In this document: positions 12,546 to 26,371 of the stretch, in pieces
Numbering within the stretch: the first letter of the stretch is position 1
Layout: each line of letters begins with the position of its first letter
Source of the DNA: Podarcis erhardii
Lineage: Eukaryota
DNA length: 64,000 nt
Direction: 5' to 3' (one strand)
Assembly: GCA_964252035.1 (NCBI GenBank)
Contig: OZ176200.1
Notes under the pieces: generated by a model
What the model was told of the DNA's origin: nothing
Seen by the model: only the letters and a program-made list of their open reading frames with translations
Databases searched by the model: none
Program-made: the position numbers and the translations under genes

Positions 12546-12890
12546 ATTGGGCCATCTCTATGCCCTACATGACAGACCTTCATATGACAGGGAAGACAAG
12601 GAAGGTCAGAAGGCCTGGATTCAAGAGATAGCGAGTAGCCTGGGCTTTAAATAGAAAGAGCTGCGAGGAGAGCTAGACTTGAAGGATGGTAAGGGGGTGG
12701 TGGGGGCGGTGCCTAGCAAGTGGGAAAAGGCAGCATTTGTTCAAGTAGATTTGTTAAAATTAGGATCTTTTTCTCTCCGGCTTCCCAAGAGAAACACAAA
12801 AGGGCAGGAGAAATTATGTAGCAGAACGGGCAATTTTAGCAAATTATTAGGAAAAATTCTTGGTATGAACTACTGAGCAGAGGAGACCTC

Positions 12891-12910
12891 AGGGGAGGGG
12901 AGGGGAGGGG
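12891..12910 (+). other. (AGGGG)4 potential G-quadruplex
   Basis: Four G4 runs with 1-nt loops. Confidence 0.6.
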
Positions 12911-14694
12911 CAGTCAAAGATGTCTTTAAGGAGTGGCTCAGGCTGAATTGAGGGATGCTTCCAGGACTTTGGGGCCAAAATCCAGGGGTTCACTAGCAGA
13001 ATGTGCAGAAAGTCCCCCCAATGGCTAGCTTACCACATTTTGAAGTGAGTGAAGGAACATGTATTATCTTCTAAAAAATATCCCCATCCCCAGCAGTACA
13101 TTTAGTCCAGAGTCTGAAATTAATAAACTGCATCATCAAGGCTTCTCCACATTTAGATGTTGGTGAACGCTGGAGTTTGACATGACAGAACACATAAACC
13201 ACAGAGAGACTTGGGTCACTCAGCTCTCAGAAACCCACACTTGGCTACTGGCTGTTGCTCCTCAGTGCATGCCCACTAAGTGGTTAGACAGGTGTGTTCC
13301 CCTACACACATGTGCAATGCCAGGGGACCACAGCACCTGTTGAAGACCTCCCTTTTTCAACACACCTAAAAGGTGGAAATTTTTGTCCCCGGCTTGATCT
13401 GTATTGGATTTGAAATTGTTTTAATATGCTTTAGTTTCAGTATGTTTCATAGGAAGTGTTCATAAAAAAAATAATTAATTGATCCATTGACTGATTGATT
13501 AAAACAGCTCTCAGGCTGTCCTAGTGCAAGGGTAGGTCTTATGAAGATTTATCATACAGTGGATTTCACCCCACACCTAAAAAAACACTCAGGAAACCAG
13601 GGAAGGTAGAGAGTGTGTCATGAATCAGGCAGGAGGGAGTTTCAAAATCTGACTCTGCACTATAAATAATAGGAGAGACCTTCAGATGTCCTGAACAGCA
13701 ATGGCTTAGCAATGTCACCACAGCCAGTGAGTCAAAAAAATAAGGCCACTGCCAATTTGGGGTCCCAGCTAGAGTGCAGACATCTCAAAGATTCCCACTT
13801 GATGGCACAGGGCATCAAGGTATGTTTCCTCTCCCACCCCCCAAGTCTCCTTCCCATGAGACTGACTCAATGCAACACCAGAAATGTGAAGGAAGTAGGG
13901 GAGATGATGCCCCTGGAAGATGCAGCAAGGGAAAGAAAAACTTAACTGGTTCCATCTGCACAGAAGTCTTAAAAAGTTACATGAGCCTGAAGCAGGTCAG
14001 CTAAGTGTGACAGAGGGGGCTGAAAGAGGATGTCTTGGTTTGGCTGGGCAGTGTGGAGCAAGCACTGCAAGTTCCTCAGGTCCACCACATGCCAAGAGGG
14101 GCCAGTTTTGCCAGAGAAAAGTGTGCTGAGCTTTTCTCCTCCCAGCCATCCTGGGGAGGAGAGCTGCTCTCTTCTGCTGCAATCCTTTGTGGACGCCCTC
14201 CCACTCCCACTTTCCTGCCCACCCTTTCCCTGCTGAGATTTCAAAGGGGACTCTGGGCTATTTCCAGCCGCTTTGTTAGCGCCTGTGACACCAGCAGCTG
14301 CAAGAGCGCATCCGGCCCAGTCCTCCCTAATGAAGAGAGAGCGCAAAGCTGCCGCCGCCTCTTTGTCCTAATCACAAAGCCATTTCCCAAACACCTTCTT
14401 TCCCCCACAAACCAGCGCAGCTATTTATAGCCCAACTGCCTCTTGGCATGCTGGGAACTCCCACCCCCCAACAGAACTGTTGCCTGCCCCAAGCCCCTTT
14501 AATATGGAAGGATGCAAGATAGTCCTCTGCAGGATTGTATGATCCAGAGGCAGCTTGTTAGCACCCTGGGGTTGGCAAGAACATCTCCAACAGGAGGCCA
14601 AGGCTGGGGGTGCTTAAGCAATCACTGGCACCACCACATCCACAGCCTGAAAATGCTGCTCTGCACCCAAATCCTCTGTTGGGTCTCTGTTCTG

Positions 14695-14713
14695 TCTCTC
14701 TCTCGTTCTCTCG

Positions 14714-14772
<59 letters not shown>
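14695..14772 (+). repeat. Compound (CT)n(CA)n microsatellite
   Basis: Direct inspection. Confidence 0.95.
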
Positions 14773-14773
<1 letters not shown>

Positions 14774-14910
14774 ATGAAACTAGCTGTGTTCCAATCCAGT
14801 TACCATGCCTGGAAGGTTGCACTTCAAAGTTAATCAGAATGGTCATTCTTAAAGGCCCTCTAAAATATGGGGAACAGATGAAAAGCAGATGAAAGCTCTT
14901 GGTATACGCA

Positions 14911-15300
14911 AGAGCTGGTGTACCCTAGTTGTGAAGGGACTAAGCTATAAACCAGGATGTTCCTTGTTCAAATATCGCCTTAGCTATGAACTTGGCTCTC
15001 CAGCTGTTTTGGGAGTACAACTCCCATCATCCCTAGCTAACAGGACCAGTGGTCAGGGATGATGGGAATTGTAGTCCCAAAACAGCTGGAGGGCCAAGTT
15101 TGGCCACCATTGTCCTAGATAGTCTTAGCCAAGCCATCCTCTCTCAGGCTCATTCAACTGCCCTGGAAACAAGAGAGATAATAATACTGCTGACCTACCT
15201 CAAAAGGTTGTTGTAAACTTACAACTAAACAAGGCACATGAAGAGCTTTGAACTCTTGAAAGTGCAATGCAACCATATTATTATTTATTACTATTACTAT
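14911..15300 (+). mobile_element. MIR/Ther1-like SINE (Squam3-like) interrupted by a palindromic MITE
   Basis: tRNA-like head AGAGCTGGTG...GTTCAAAT, core CTGACCTACCTCAAAAGGTTGTTGT, and a TTA-rich tail; split by 14989-15112. Confidence 0.55.
14989..15112. mobile_element. Palindromic hAT-type MITE
   Basis: Long inverted arms AACTTGG..CCAGCTGTTTTGGGA.TACAA.TCCCATCATCCCT and the reverse complement; left end clipped. Confidence 0.85.
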
Positions 15301-16093
15301 TACCTACAATAATCCACAGAATACCAGTTCCCAGAGATATTGGAGAAACAACAGGCACTGGTCTTCTTGCGCTCTTTCCAATAATTTCTGGAGTACTGCT
15401 GGAGTAAAGAAAGCTTTGTATCATCTCATTCCTCTTCACAAACATTCTAAGATTTAAGTCAAATATGTCCCCATTTTACAGATGGCAAGCTGACTTGCAC
15501 CATATGTACGCACATACACACAACTTCAGGCAAATACCACACCTGCTTATTTTATGAACAACATGACTCATGACTCATTAGACTCAAGCGAGAAGTGCAT
15601 TAAATCCCTCCTCACTATGGGTGGAATGTGACATAGCACTAAACGGGATATACACACACAGAACAAGGTCCACTCATGCACTGGGACTTTCCCTCCTCTC
15701 CTCCTCCAGAGGAGATTTAGGGTTCAGCAAGCAGACCTCGTTCCATGTATGCAACAACTTAGTCAAATCGTGCCCTATACAGTATCTCCTTCTGCAATTG
15801 GTGCCTCAGTTGCCTTACAGTGGCAGTTCCATGTGGCCACCTCAATATTCTGGACATACCATGTGAATCAGTTTTAGTTTGTGGACCACCTTCATTCCAG
15901 ACCCATCCTTTCCCTGCTGGATCAGAACCACGGAAACATTTCATGGGGTAGCATTCCATCCCATATGTTACAGCAACTGTTTGGAGCCTGCACAGCTGTA
16001 TTCCCATAACTGGCTTCCTCCATATGTTGTTGGACCAGCTCCCATCATCCCTGACCATTGCCTATGCCTTTCTGAGAATGCTGGGAGTTGTAG

Positions 16094-16398
16094 TCATAGA
16101 GCAGGCATAGGCAAACTCGGCCCTCCAGATGTTTTGGGACTACAACTCCCACCATCCCTGACCACTGGTCCTGTTAGCTAGGGATGATGGGAGTTGTAGT
16201 CCCAAAATATCTGGAGGGCCAAGTTTGCCTCTGCCTGTCATAGAGGATAAGACTATTGATGGCTACTAGTCATGGCAGCTGTGTAGATATGCCTCTGAAT
16301 ACCAGTTTCGGGAGAGATTAAGTGGGAGAGTGTTTGTGTCCTGTTCATGGGCTTCCCAAAGGCATCTGGCTGGCCACTGTGGGAACAGGATGTTGGAC
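16094..16398 (+). mobile_element. CR1-like 3' UTR fragment
   Basis: GAGGATAAG...GATGGCTACTAG...CCTCTGAATACCAG...GGCATCTGGCTGGCCACTGTGGGAACAGGATGTTGGACTAG; same family at 31514 and 62514. Confidence 0.6.
16102..16237. mobile_element. Young palindromic hAT MITE, 136 bp
   Basis: Termini CAGGCA...TGCCTG, near-complete palindrome, perfect 8-bp TSD TCATAGAG (16094-16101 and 16238-16245). Confidence 0.95.
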
Positions 16399-19300
16399 TA
16401 GTGCAAAACATTTGGAGGGCACCAGATTGGGGAAGATTGTCCCATGTAGCAATAGATGGAAGTGGTTCTCCATGTATGTAATCATTGCCCATAGGTTGAG
16501 ATGTGCCCTTTCAACCAGGTTACATGCTTCTGCCACCCCTCTTCCTCCATAATCACACCACTTCTTGGTAAAACACCCTTTGTCTTCCCAGTTCTGGATA
16601 GCCTGACCTATCTGGGGCACCATGTAGGAAGAACTGCAAGTGAAGGCTGTTGCATTCTGAGAGAAGGAAAGAAGAGCACCTGCCAAGCTGAGCCATGTGT
16701 TGGAAACTCCTTCCTTCTTACAAGGCCCAGAAGCATGCCTGGCTCTGGAGCAAACTCCCTCTCTTCCCTCTTGGCCCTTTCAAGCCTCAGCTCTGTGATC
16801 ATCCCTTTGTCGCTAGCACAAACAAAGGGCCGCATGCGTGGCATGCCCAGTGCCAAGATCAATGCCAGGTCTCTGGCTGCTCCCGCCCAGCTCCAAGCAC
16901 CAGAGGTGAGAGCTGGTATTTATAGCTGCTTTCAAAAAATGCCAGAAAAACAGAGGGTGGAGGAAGGGAAGCAGAGCCACGGCCTGATTTCCGATCTGAT
17001 TCCTGCCACTAAAGATAACAGCTGTGTGGAGACAATTAAAGGGAGAACTGGGACGTGTTGCGAATGGCAAAGAACTGCGAGGGGTGGCATAAGGGGAGGG
17101 GAGCAGAGTGGAAGAGGGAATGGGCAGAAATTTAAGGAAGGAGACCCTTGGAAGCAGAGGACAGTGGTTGGGCCACCCTCGCACAGGTTGAGTAGTCCTT
17201 GGCATCCTCTGAGTTAAGAAGATCTGAAGGTGGTACAAGGTAGAGGCCTCCTCAACCATGATAATACATTCACACTTCTTTCTCCCCACTGTTCTCTACT
17301 TTCAAACAGGCTTTACAGGCCTCTGAAAACCCAAAAAACACTGTTTACCAGAGATTACAGAACATAAAACATAGGAGGTGGCATCTGTATCATACCAAGT
17401 TCATCAATCCGAAACCAAGAAGAACTCTAGCCAGGGAAGTGGCCTTCCCAGTTTGTTACAAAAATCAGTATTACAGCAATGCAACCTCTGTTCTAAGACC
17501 AGACACCCAGGGATGGACGACCAGATGTTGTTGGATTACCACTCCCATCACGCCTCACAACTGGCCATACTCTTTTAAGGCCTCCAAGGACAAAGATCCC
17601 ACAACTCTCTAGAGGTAACTTGTTTCCCTGCTATTGAACATTGTTCTTAAAATGCTGGGCATTTGTTTTCCAGTGCTGAACATAAATCTGCCACCCTTTA
17701 ATTTTAAATCCATTTCTTCTTGTCTTATCTTTAGTGGGCCTGGTGAACAACTGTCTGCCCTCTGTTAAATGACCTATTAATGACAGGACAATATGCAAAG
17801 ATGCATGTTACGGAGAAGTCTTCTAGCAGAAATGCAATGTCTGCATTTAACTCAAAAGCCCACATATTGTTATATTCAGACCCTTCTGCATTCAGCCACT
17901 TTGAAGATGACATCTCTCATTCTGAATTGTATATTTACATCATTACCCACCTAATTGTTTATTTATTAGTATTATTATCACTCTCTAAAATAAAAAAACA
18001 CAGAAATTACTATTTATACCAAACACTTTAGGATGCAAACTAGGAAGGCATGGCTGCATGCTAAAGATAAAATTCCAGTTCAGACAAAGTTTTTTTAAAA
18101 AAATAGTAACTAAGTTGGGAAACAGGATCATGCAGTAGAATGAAGGAGACTTTGGCTGTCTGATATGAACGGCTACTAGTGCTGGGTGACAGGCCAGGAT
18201 GCAATCACTCTTGAGATCAAGTAGGCCAGTCATAGCTCCAGGGCTCCAAACCACATATTCCTGTGCAGTATCAAACAGGAGCATTTGAGTTTCCTTGCAT
18301 CAACAACAAAAGGAACAATGAAATCCAGATGTGCTTGTTTTAACTATTATTACTATTCACAATGTTTGTTATCTGAAATGTACCAATACAACACTCCAAA
18401 CTTGCATTTTAAAACATTTGATCAAGACTTGAGTTTTTAAACACTCCTCATTCCCTAAGCCTCCTTTTAGGACTTCAGGTCCCTCGCTAGCCCCAGGATA
18501 CCCAACGTCCATAAGGCGCAGCTAACTGAATTAAGACATGAATAAGGAAAGAGAGATGAAAAAGATTATTTGAGCTGGAGCGCTGCCAACCTGGCGACCA
18601 TGAAGCAAGGCATGAAAGGCTGGGCTAAAGCTATGCTTAGCATAACAGTCACTCCTAGGAGAGCAGCTCTTGGAGATCTGCCAGCCTAACTTTGGATTTC
18701 CCATGATGCTTTGCCAAATGTTATAAGCCCAACTGGATGAGATGGGGTGGGCAGGTGTCAATATGGGAGAACAATACGTTCCAATAATTGGAATCAGGCC
18801 CACACCATCCCTAAGAAAGACACTCAAGTGCAGGAGAATGGTATCATCCCAGAATGCCCCACTGCAACCAGATCCCAGCCCTCCTGCAAGAACCATTTCA
18901 CAGCTGTCCCTCAATTCTGACCCCAGCCCTGTACATTGGGTTTAGGAGTATAAGACTTGAGGCATGTTGCTCCTCACCACAGACGTGGGAGAGACATGAT
19001 CCTAGCAGGAGACATCAATTGAGTCCATCCACTACCCCTGTAATTGCAGCTGGCATCAGCTGCACCTCAGTGCCATCGCCACTCTTCGCCATCTAATAGC
19101 AGCCAGAGATATTGACAGGAAATGAAAGATTCATGCTTCCAACAGCACCTACAAGCAGTGACCTCACCTGCTGCTTCCCTCTACCTCGCTCATTGGTGGA
19201 ACGTGCTCAGCATGGCAAATGGGAGAAGAATAAAGTCCAGAGGGCTCCAACCCTCAACCTGGGACAGTATTAAGCAAGTGCGGATGTGAAAAGTAATCAA

Positions 19301-20009
19301 AAGAAGAAGAGGCTGAATGTGAATAAGAGCCTGTGGCTCTGTCAAGCATCCAAGTTAGCAATGTCCATCATAGCCAGCATCCTATTCTCACAGTGGCCTG
19401 CCAGATGTCCACAAACAGGACCTGAGTGCAACAGCACTCTCCTCACTTTCCCTATACCTCTGCTACATCTGCTTTCAATATCCTGTGCCCCCAGCTCAGG
19501 CACAAGCTGATGATCCCCCAGTCCAACCCACATTGCCTTAATGCTGGCATCTTTGATACAAATGTGTGAAGGAGGAAGTGGGGACCATCTACAAGACCCC
19601 AATATCTATTCCCAGTATTTGTAAACCTGGTAAGGGAAGGGAGTGATCCAGTTTGGATCAATTAGCTTCCTGCAGCTGGTGAGAGGTCCTGCATGTGGGA
19701 GTGGGGCAGTGGAACAGAGAGAAGAGAGAGAGGATGGTGCAAGGAGCACCTCGGGATCCAGCAGGCTGTCACTACTGCAGTTCTCATTCCAGAGCCTCAG
19801 TGCCCAGTTTGCCCTGACTGCATTACTGAATATAGGTGGGTGATATATGCATGAGTGTGCCTGTAAACTAAAGCAGTTGAGGGAATCTTGACCAACAGGA
19901 GGATCTCAAGAGAAAATAAATAGGCAGGGGCATAAGAGAGGATGAGCAACATATCGCTGAAGGTGGATTGACAGATTTACTGTTAATGTGCATGAAGCTC
20001 CCTCAGCTC

Positions 20010-20420
20010 TCCATACATTGATCAAAGGGCACCTGTGTCATTCCAATGAAAGCTGGTGTAAGGTACCAGTTAGAAGCACAAGTTGTGGCAGGGAACTGAA
20101 GCTAAGTGTGGCAGCATCTGTGCTTTGGAATGCCCTGCCTATTGATATTAGGCAAGAACTGTCCTCTTTTTGAAAACTTACTGAAAACTTTTCCGTTTCA
20201 GCAGGCTGATCCAGGCACATGGTTTGTTTACATCTGTTTTTCAATTTGTTTTGAATGTTCTAATGTGTTTAATTGTATGGGTGGTTTTAACAGCTTTTGA
20301 ATGCTTTAAATACTTTTTTGTTGTTTTCTTTTTAATTGTACATGTTTGTGTGTGTTTGCCACCATCAGCTCCTTTGGGAGAAAGCGGGGGGGGGGGGTAT
20401 ACATTTAATTAATTCATTAA
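20010..20420 (+). mobile_element. Degenerate L2 LINE 3' end
   Basis: SVAASVLWNALPIDIRQ matches the L2 ORF2 C-terminal motif (SVxAPxLWNxLP); T-rich 3' UTR and A/T tail. Confidence 0.7.
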
Positions 20421-23374
20421 TTAATGTCAGCCACAGGCTTTCATGGCTACATTTGCCTTACATTAAAACATAGCAAAGCCTCAAGCAAGGACTCCAAAAT
20501 TCTGCACAATGCAAAGAACGGAAAGCAGCCCTGGAAGAGGCAGGTACATACTTCCCCCAAACACGTGCACATAGAGCCCGTGCTGATAGTAGGAAGCTTG
20601 CTGTATGAAGTGCACAGCCCACACTAATCCTCTGATCATCCCTACCAGCTGTGGAGTAAAAGAGTGGGCTGAAGACCTGGCATGAGCTGACTGCAGGGAT
20701 TGGATGTTATGCACAACTGCATGCAACTCCTGAAATAAGCAGCATATTGATGTATCCCTGGAACATCAGGTGTTCTCAAATTATACTTGCCTTAAAATGT
20801 GCTGCATATGGAGTACGCAAGGGAAAATGTGGGAGAGTCACAGATCTTAAGGCCAGCAGGCATGAGAGGGAGATCACCAATTCAGCAAACAAGCTCCTAT
20901 AAACATTCCCTATAAAACATTAGGACTGCAAACATATTAGGCAGGCCTGCTCCTGTGCCTTTAAAACAACAGGCAGAAATACAGAAATTAAACAACCAAA
21001 ATGTGACTTGCCTTCATAGAATCAGCACTCAAGGAAAAGTGTCATCTGCTCAGTTCCTGTACTCCAAGCTGCCATAACTTTACCTATCTAACTGCATCTG
21101 TTGAAACACCCTCAACAGTCCAGTTTTTGAGCATAAGTCTCTGGTCTGAAAAGCTATCGGGATTTTTAAGACATTTCAACAGTCTGTCACATGATGCTCA
21201 AGGTTCCGGGATTATCTATTTGATTACAGGGATATGAAATGAAGGGTGGATTTTACTCCCGTTGTACAAGTCTTCTACAGACTGGCAGTGCCCCATGTTC
21301 CACTCCACTTGTCTTTCAATTGCTTGTACAGAATTTCCATAATGAATTTTGGAATTGGTGTGCACACAGTGTGTGCTCTTCCTGCACTGCTTAGTTACTT
21401 CCATTTCTCACGATTTCCAAAGTGACCCCATCATCAGCTAAGCCATGCACATGAAAGATTGTGCACATCATGCACTGCATAATTTAGTTTGTGTTTGAGG
21501 ATGTGATCTTGCACATAGCCACATCAACATTCCTTGGCAGTTCCTGTTTTACCCAAACTTTCAGCTGGTCATTTTGCCAATGCTCACGTAGTTCCCCATT
21601 CAAGGCCTTTGTGGGCTTGCAAGTGCTCATCATAGGTTCCCATCACCATTACCAACTATTAGCAAGCTGCTCAAAGCTTTCAGTGGGGAACCATGCACAA
21701 TTAAAGCAACTTTTCCCGCAAATGGAAGCATTAAAATTTTCTTTTTACAAAAAGGAAGGATATGCACATAAGTGTAATTTCAAAACGCGAAGAGTGAGCA
21801 TGGGGATTCTATGTGTTCCAATCACTGTGTGTGGATAGAGGTGGACAGAGAGATATGGCAGTGGGAACCTACAATGAGACTGGCAAGCCAGAGACAGCAG
21901 ACAATGGGGACTAGCTGTTGATCAATAGAAAGATCAGGTCAAATGAAATGAAATGCAGGAAAGCAACGTTGATGTAATAGTGCACACAATCACATGTTCA
22001 AAACACACAGACACACACAAATGAGTGAAGCTTTAATGCACATGAGTAGCTGGAGGGGAGGGCAGTATGAAATGAAAGCTGCACACACACTGGTCTGTAC
22101 ATGTTTCCAAAATCCAATTTGGAAGAATGACAGAAAGCAAATGTATTGATGCCATTCCATGACCAGGATAAGGTAAATCAGAATTGCCGATTCCAGAGGG
22201 AAATCAGGAAGCATGTCTATTTGTTATACTTGCATTAGTAAGTTATTTTGCTCTATTTGGTGAGCTACCAGTGCAATGGAGGACCTCTGTGTAATATGAG
22301 TATGTGCTGAAATCAAACTTTATACTAACAAAAGATGGATCCATAAGAAGCGTAGCTATCTTTGCTATCTTTAAAAACCTTTTTTAAAAAATGTTTGGCA
22401 TGAATGGGCAGATGATTATCAGAATTTTGTGAAGACCACAGAGCTGTTGCTGTGGCAAATTTTCAACATTTATACCCCATTCATACAGCTGATTTTGTGC
22501 AACTATCAGAACCATAGCAAACAGGGCAGATCAATTGCTTGTCAGTCATATCAGAAGATCAACTTCTTCACACACGTCCATGGGCAAAGTCTGATGGGTC
22601 AACTGTTTGGAGGCTACCCACCTGTCAATAACCTGGTGGCACAATGATGTCAGGTATTCCATTTTTGCTTGCACAGTTTGAAATCAAAAAGCATGTGCAA
22701 AGAAGTGTGCCCAGCACTTTCCAAGTGCCAACCACCACCTAATAATCAACACTTTGGAAGCACAGTGCAAGGAGCTTTGCAACAAACACTGATCAACTGA
22801 AAGGGCCTGCAATGCTCCTTTTGTCCAAGCCCAACCTTTACCTGTCCCACACTATATATGTTGTCAGGTGTGCATGGCTTGGCCAAAATAGCATGGTGGG
22901 CCAAATGGGAAGGCCTGGTGGGCCTAATTAGGGCTGCCATCTGGAGATTTCCCACCCTTACCTTAGGTCTCATGGCATTTGGGAGCAAAATTAGGCAGGA
23001 GTATAACTGGAATGTAGCAACCGATTGATATCAGTTATTAAAAAATAAAAGATACAAAACAGAAAGGAAGAAAAGCATTATATGTCAAAAGCATTTACCG
23101 GTATCCCGGCACAAATATTTTCCAGTGCAGAAAACATCTGGGGGAAACTAAATGGGCAGATCACAGGTGCTTGCAAGAAGCTGTGTGTGGCTATCAGATA
23201 ATTGTTGAAACTTCAAAGTGAAACAGCCCCTGTATGGTTTAATTTCAAACTATGATCAATACCAGAGAACAGACTACGAAGGATTTAAATTATATGCATC
23301 TTAATAACAATGCAGCAATTAGTAGCAAACACTATGCATTTCTCAATAATAAATCTTGCCAGATTTTTATCTTT

Positions 23375-24761
23375 TTAAATTTTACTCATTTGATAGATTG
23401 TGGAGATTCTGTGATTTCAAGTATTTTGATTAGCAAGCTAGTTAAATGTAGACTAGATTCAGGTGTCGGGTAGATTCTAAGCCGGACACTCTTTACGCAG
23501 AGATTGCTCCGCAATAGTTTCTCACCAGGATTAAGGAGGTTTCACAGGGCTCTGTCCTGGGACCTGTATGCTTCAAAAAAAAGGAACACTAACTAAGATG
23601 AAGCAGAAGGAATATCTACCAAATTTACAAATGTCACAAAACTGGGAGAGATGCTTAACCCCTCAGAAGGCAGGAATAAAATGTAAAATGACCTGAACAG
23701 AACAGAAAATTGGGCTAAAACACAATGAAATTCAACGGAGACGAATGCAAAGCTCTACAAATGTGGATGGGTGGGAATCAAATGCACAGGTACAGGATAG
23801 GAAATACCTGGCTTGGTGGTAGTGGGATCTAAAAAGGTATTGGGGACTGTAGCTGATCACACAAAAAATGAGCTGCAAAAAAGTCTAATGCAATTTTTGA
23901 CTGCATTAATAGAACTAGATTTTTGAAGTCATGAAAGCAATAGTTCCACTTTAATTTGCACCAGCCTTACTTTCTTGTAGTTTCTGTGTCCAGGACATGG
24001 ACAAATCAGCACAGGTTTAGAGGAAGGCAACATAGATGGTTAGCATGGGAAACTGGTCTTAAAAATAAATAAATGGTAGAAGGCACCTTAGGGATTTTTG
24101 AAATATTGAGCAGTAGATAAATGCTTTTAAATAAATACATTAATAAACTGGGTACGTTTAGCCTGGAAAAGAGAGGACTGAGGAGAGAAATGGTAGCATA
24201 CTTGCAGGGCTGTCATACAGGAGAAGATAAATACTAAATCTAATGAGCTTAAGTCACAGGAGGATAGGTTTTGACTGGACATTAGTAAGAAAATATTAAA
24301 TCAGGGGTGGGGGACCCTTTTCCACCCAAGAGCTGCATTCCCTTCTGGGCAACCTCTGGGGGCAATGTGCCAGTGGTGGCCAGGGCAGATGCAAAGATGG
24401 GTGGAGCAATGAATGTGAATTTTACCTTTGCGCAATAGGCTAGTTTCTACACACTCATCCCTATCCTTCACCCAGAAAAGCAAGAGGCATGATCAAAGTT
24501 CAAAGGTACGTTCCAGCCAGGCAAAAACACATGACCTGGGGAGGGTTCCAAAGGCCAGACAGAGAGACCTGAATGTCTGCATCTAGCCCACCCCTGGCCT
24601 TATTGGTAAGAGAAGTGGTTGGAGTGGGGCTTTCCCTTGCCAGGAGTCTTCAAGCGGAGACCAAACAGGGATCTGTTGGGGATGCTCTAGTTCTGGATTT
24701 CCTGCATCAAGCAGGGGGCTGGAATAGATGCCCTTCAAAGGTGCCTTCCACTCTGATTCTG
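23375..24761 (+). mobile_element. Degenerate CR1 LINE (RT domain to 3' end), interrupted at 24302-24596
   Basis: VSQGSVLGPVCF (23539-23574; consensus VPQGSVLGPVLF), TKFTNVTKLG (KFADDTKLG), MKFNGDECKAL; 3' end ...CCTTCCACTCTGATTCTG. Confidence 0.85.
24302..24596. mobile_element. hAT-type non-autonomous element inserted in CR1
   Basis: Perfect 10-bp TIR CAGGGGTGGG / CCCACCCCTG; no recognisable TSD. Confidence 0.65.
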
Positions 24762-26329
24762 CAAACACCAGACTGGTGGAACTGGGCACATGAGCAAAGC
24801 TAAACTTTAGCAATGATAACAATGAGGATACATACTGAATTCCCTCTAGGAACTAAACAGCCTTGGAAGCTCTTTTTAGAGCCTAAAGGCAGAAAAGAAA
24901 TAGGGTGGGGTGTCTTTAAAAAAAGAAAAGCTGTGGTTATATATAAAAAGTGAATTAATTCTGATTTTGTCTTGTCAGTTCATGTTGCGAAGTTATATCT
25001 AAGCTCTTGTGTATATGGTGCTGTCAATGTGCAGCAAGGTGGCCAAACTCCAGGGATCCTCCTGGCCCTGCCAAGGAATCTCCTCTCATTTGAAAGAGAA
25101 ATTTGGCTGTAGTGTGTTGCTCAGGCTGAACACTGCCAAGAGGGCTCCCTTCTTGTGCCTGAGACCTGCCTCACTTATTCACTTAGATCATACGCTTTTA
25201 AAAATATGGACCACAGATTGGAGCATGACACCCAGCCTTGTGCAAGGGAACAGAAATCTAATGCAGAACCTAGTTGTTGTCGTCCCCCCTTTGTCTAGCT
25301 GCAGGGTATTCAATGACCTAGGAGTAACTGTGCTGCTGGCTAAGGGCAGTGACTTCCACCCAGAAAAGCTAGCCTCCAAGCACAGTGCCCACAGCTGGGT
25401 GAATCCCTTGGAACACACACACAGGGTAGTCCCACCATTGCTGGCATCCCCAGAGGCGTTGCACTGCCTGTTTGCAAAATATATATCCTCAATAAATCCT
25501 GGCTTGTGCATGTGGTAATTCTCAATACATTTTCAAATATACTTCAATTATTTCCCCCATATATCATGGGGAAATTGCATTGGCGAGCAGCAGCGGTAAG
25601 CAGGGAGTGCATGGTGGGGCGGCGTTAATAAGATTGGGCTTGCTATTATGCATGAGGTCGTTGAGGACACAGTGGGGAACCTCGAGTGCCAATGAGAGGC
25701 AGAAAGGGAAGAATAAATGAAACTGCCTGCCTCCCCCTTCCATCCTTCCCCCACCACCTTGATCAACTTTGCTAGGATTAATCCACAGAGTCCAGCCCTT
25801 CTCTTCCTCTCTCCCATCTCAGTGCTTGTGCTGTCCACAGCTAATGCCAGATGTTTTTTTAAAAAAAAGGCAGTGAACAGTTTGCAGAAGCAAGAGACCA
25901 TCACATAATCCACATGATTGGACTGTTTAGCCCAGTTCTCTCCTACCCAGAATGGCTCTGTGTTTATGTTGTTGTTTAATGCATTTTCCTTTTAACTGGA
26001 AGAATAAGTGATAGAACACAGACCAGAGAAAAATTACAAACAAGCAAAGCACCACCCAAGAGCATCAACTACACTTGGGGAGCGAGGAGGACCTGTGCTC
26101 TAATAAACTCTCATTTTGACTGCTGCAATCTATGCAACATGGGACTTCCCTTCAAGACAGTCCAGAGGCTACATCTAGTGCAGAATGCCGCTCACACGCT
26201 GTTATGCGGGGCAGCAAAAAACCGTCCTGTAATGCAAATTCTTACAAATCTGCAGTGACTACCTGAGGACCACTGTGCTCCAGTGAGAGGAAGGATGAAA
26301 TATAAAAATGAGTAAGCAAGTAAGTAGAT

Positions 26330-26330
<1 letters not shown>

Positions 26331-26370
<40 letters not shown>
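26331..26370 (+). repeat. (ATAG)10 microsatellite
   Basis: Direct inspection. Confidence 0.95.

Positions 26371-26371
<1 letters not shown>

Larger units (their letters stand above)
15993..16439. mobile_element. Older palindromic MITE split by two later insertions
   Basis: Left arm 15993-16093 (CCATATGTTGTTGGACCAGCTCCCATCATCCC...GGGAGTTGTAG); right arm resumes at 16399 (TAGTGCAAAACATTTGGAGGGCACCAGATTGGGGAAG). Confidence 0.55.

Noticed and set aside
16501-17217. Longest ORF in the track (238 aa)
   Set aside because: No recognisable domain, composition typical of non-coding translation, no supporting splice or promoter structure
21100-23250. Possible ancient transposase or retroviral coding relic
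   Set aside because: Manual translation of both strands of 21100-21800 and the plus strand of 22440-22650, plus the ORF track, gave only isolated 3-4 residue resemblances (VEW, CAH); no DDE or RT motif set; needs tBLASTx/HMMER
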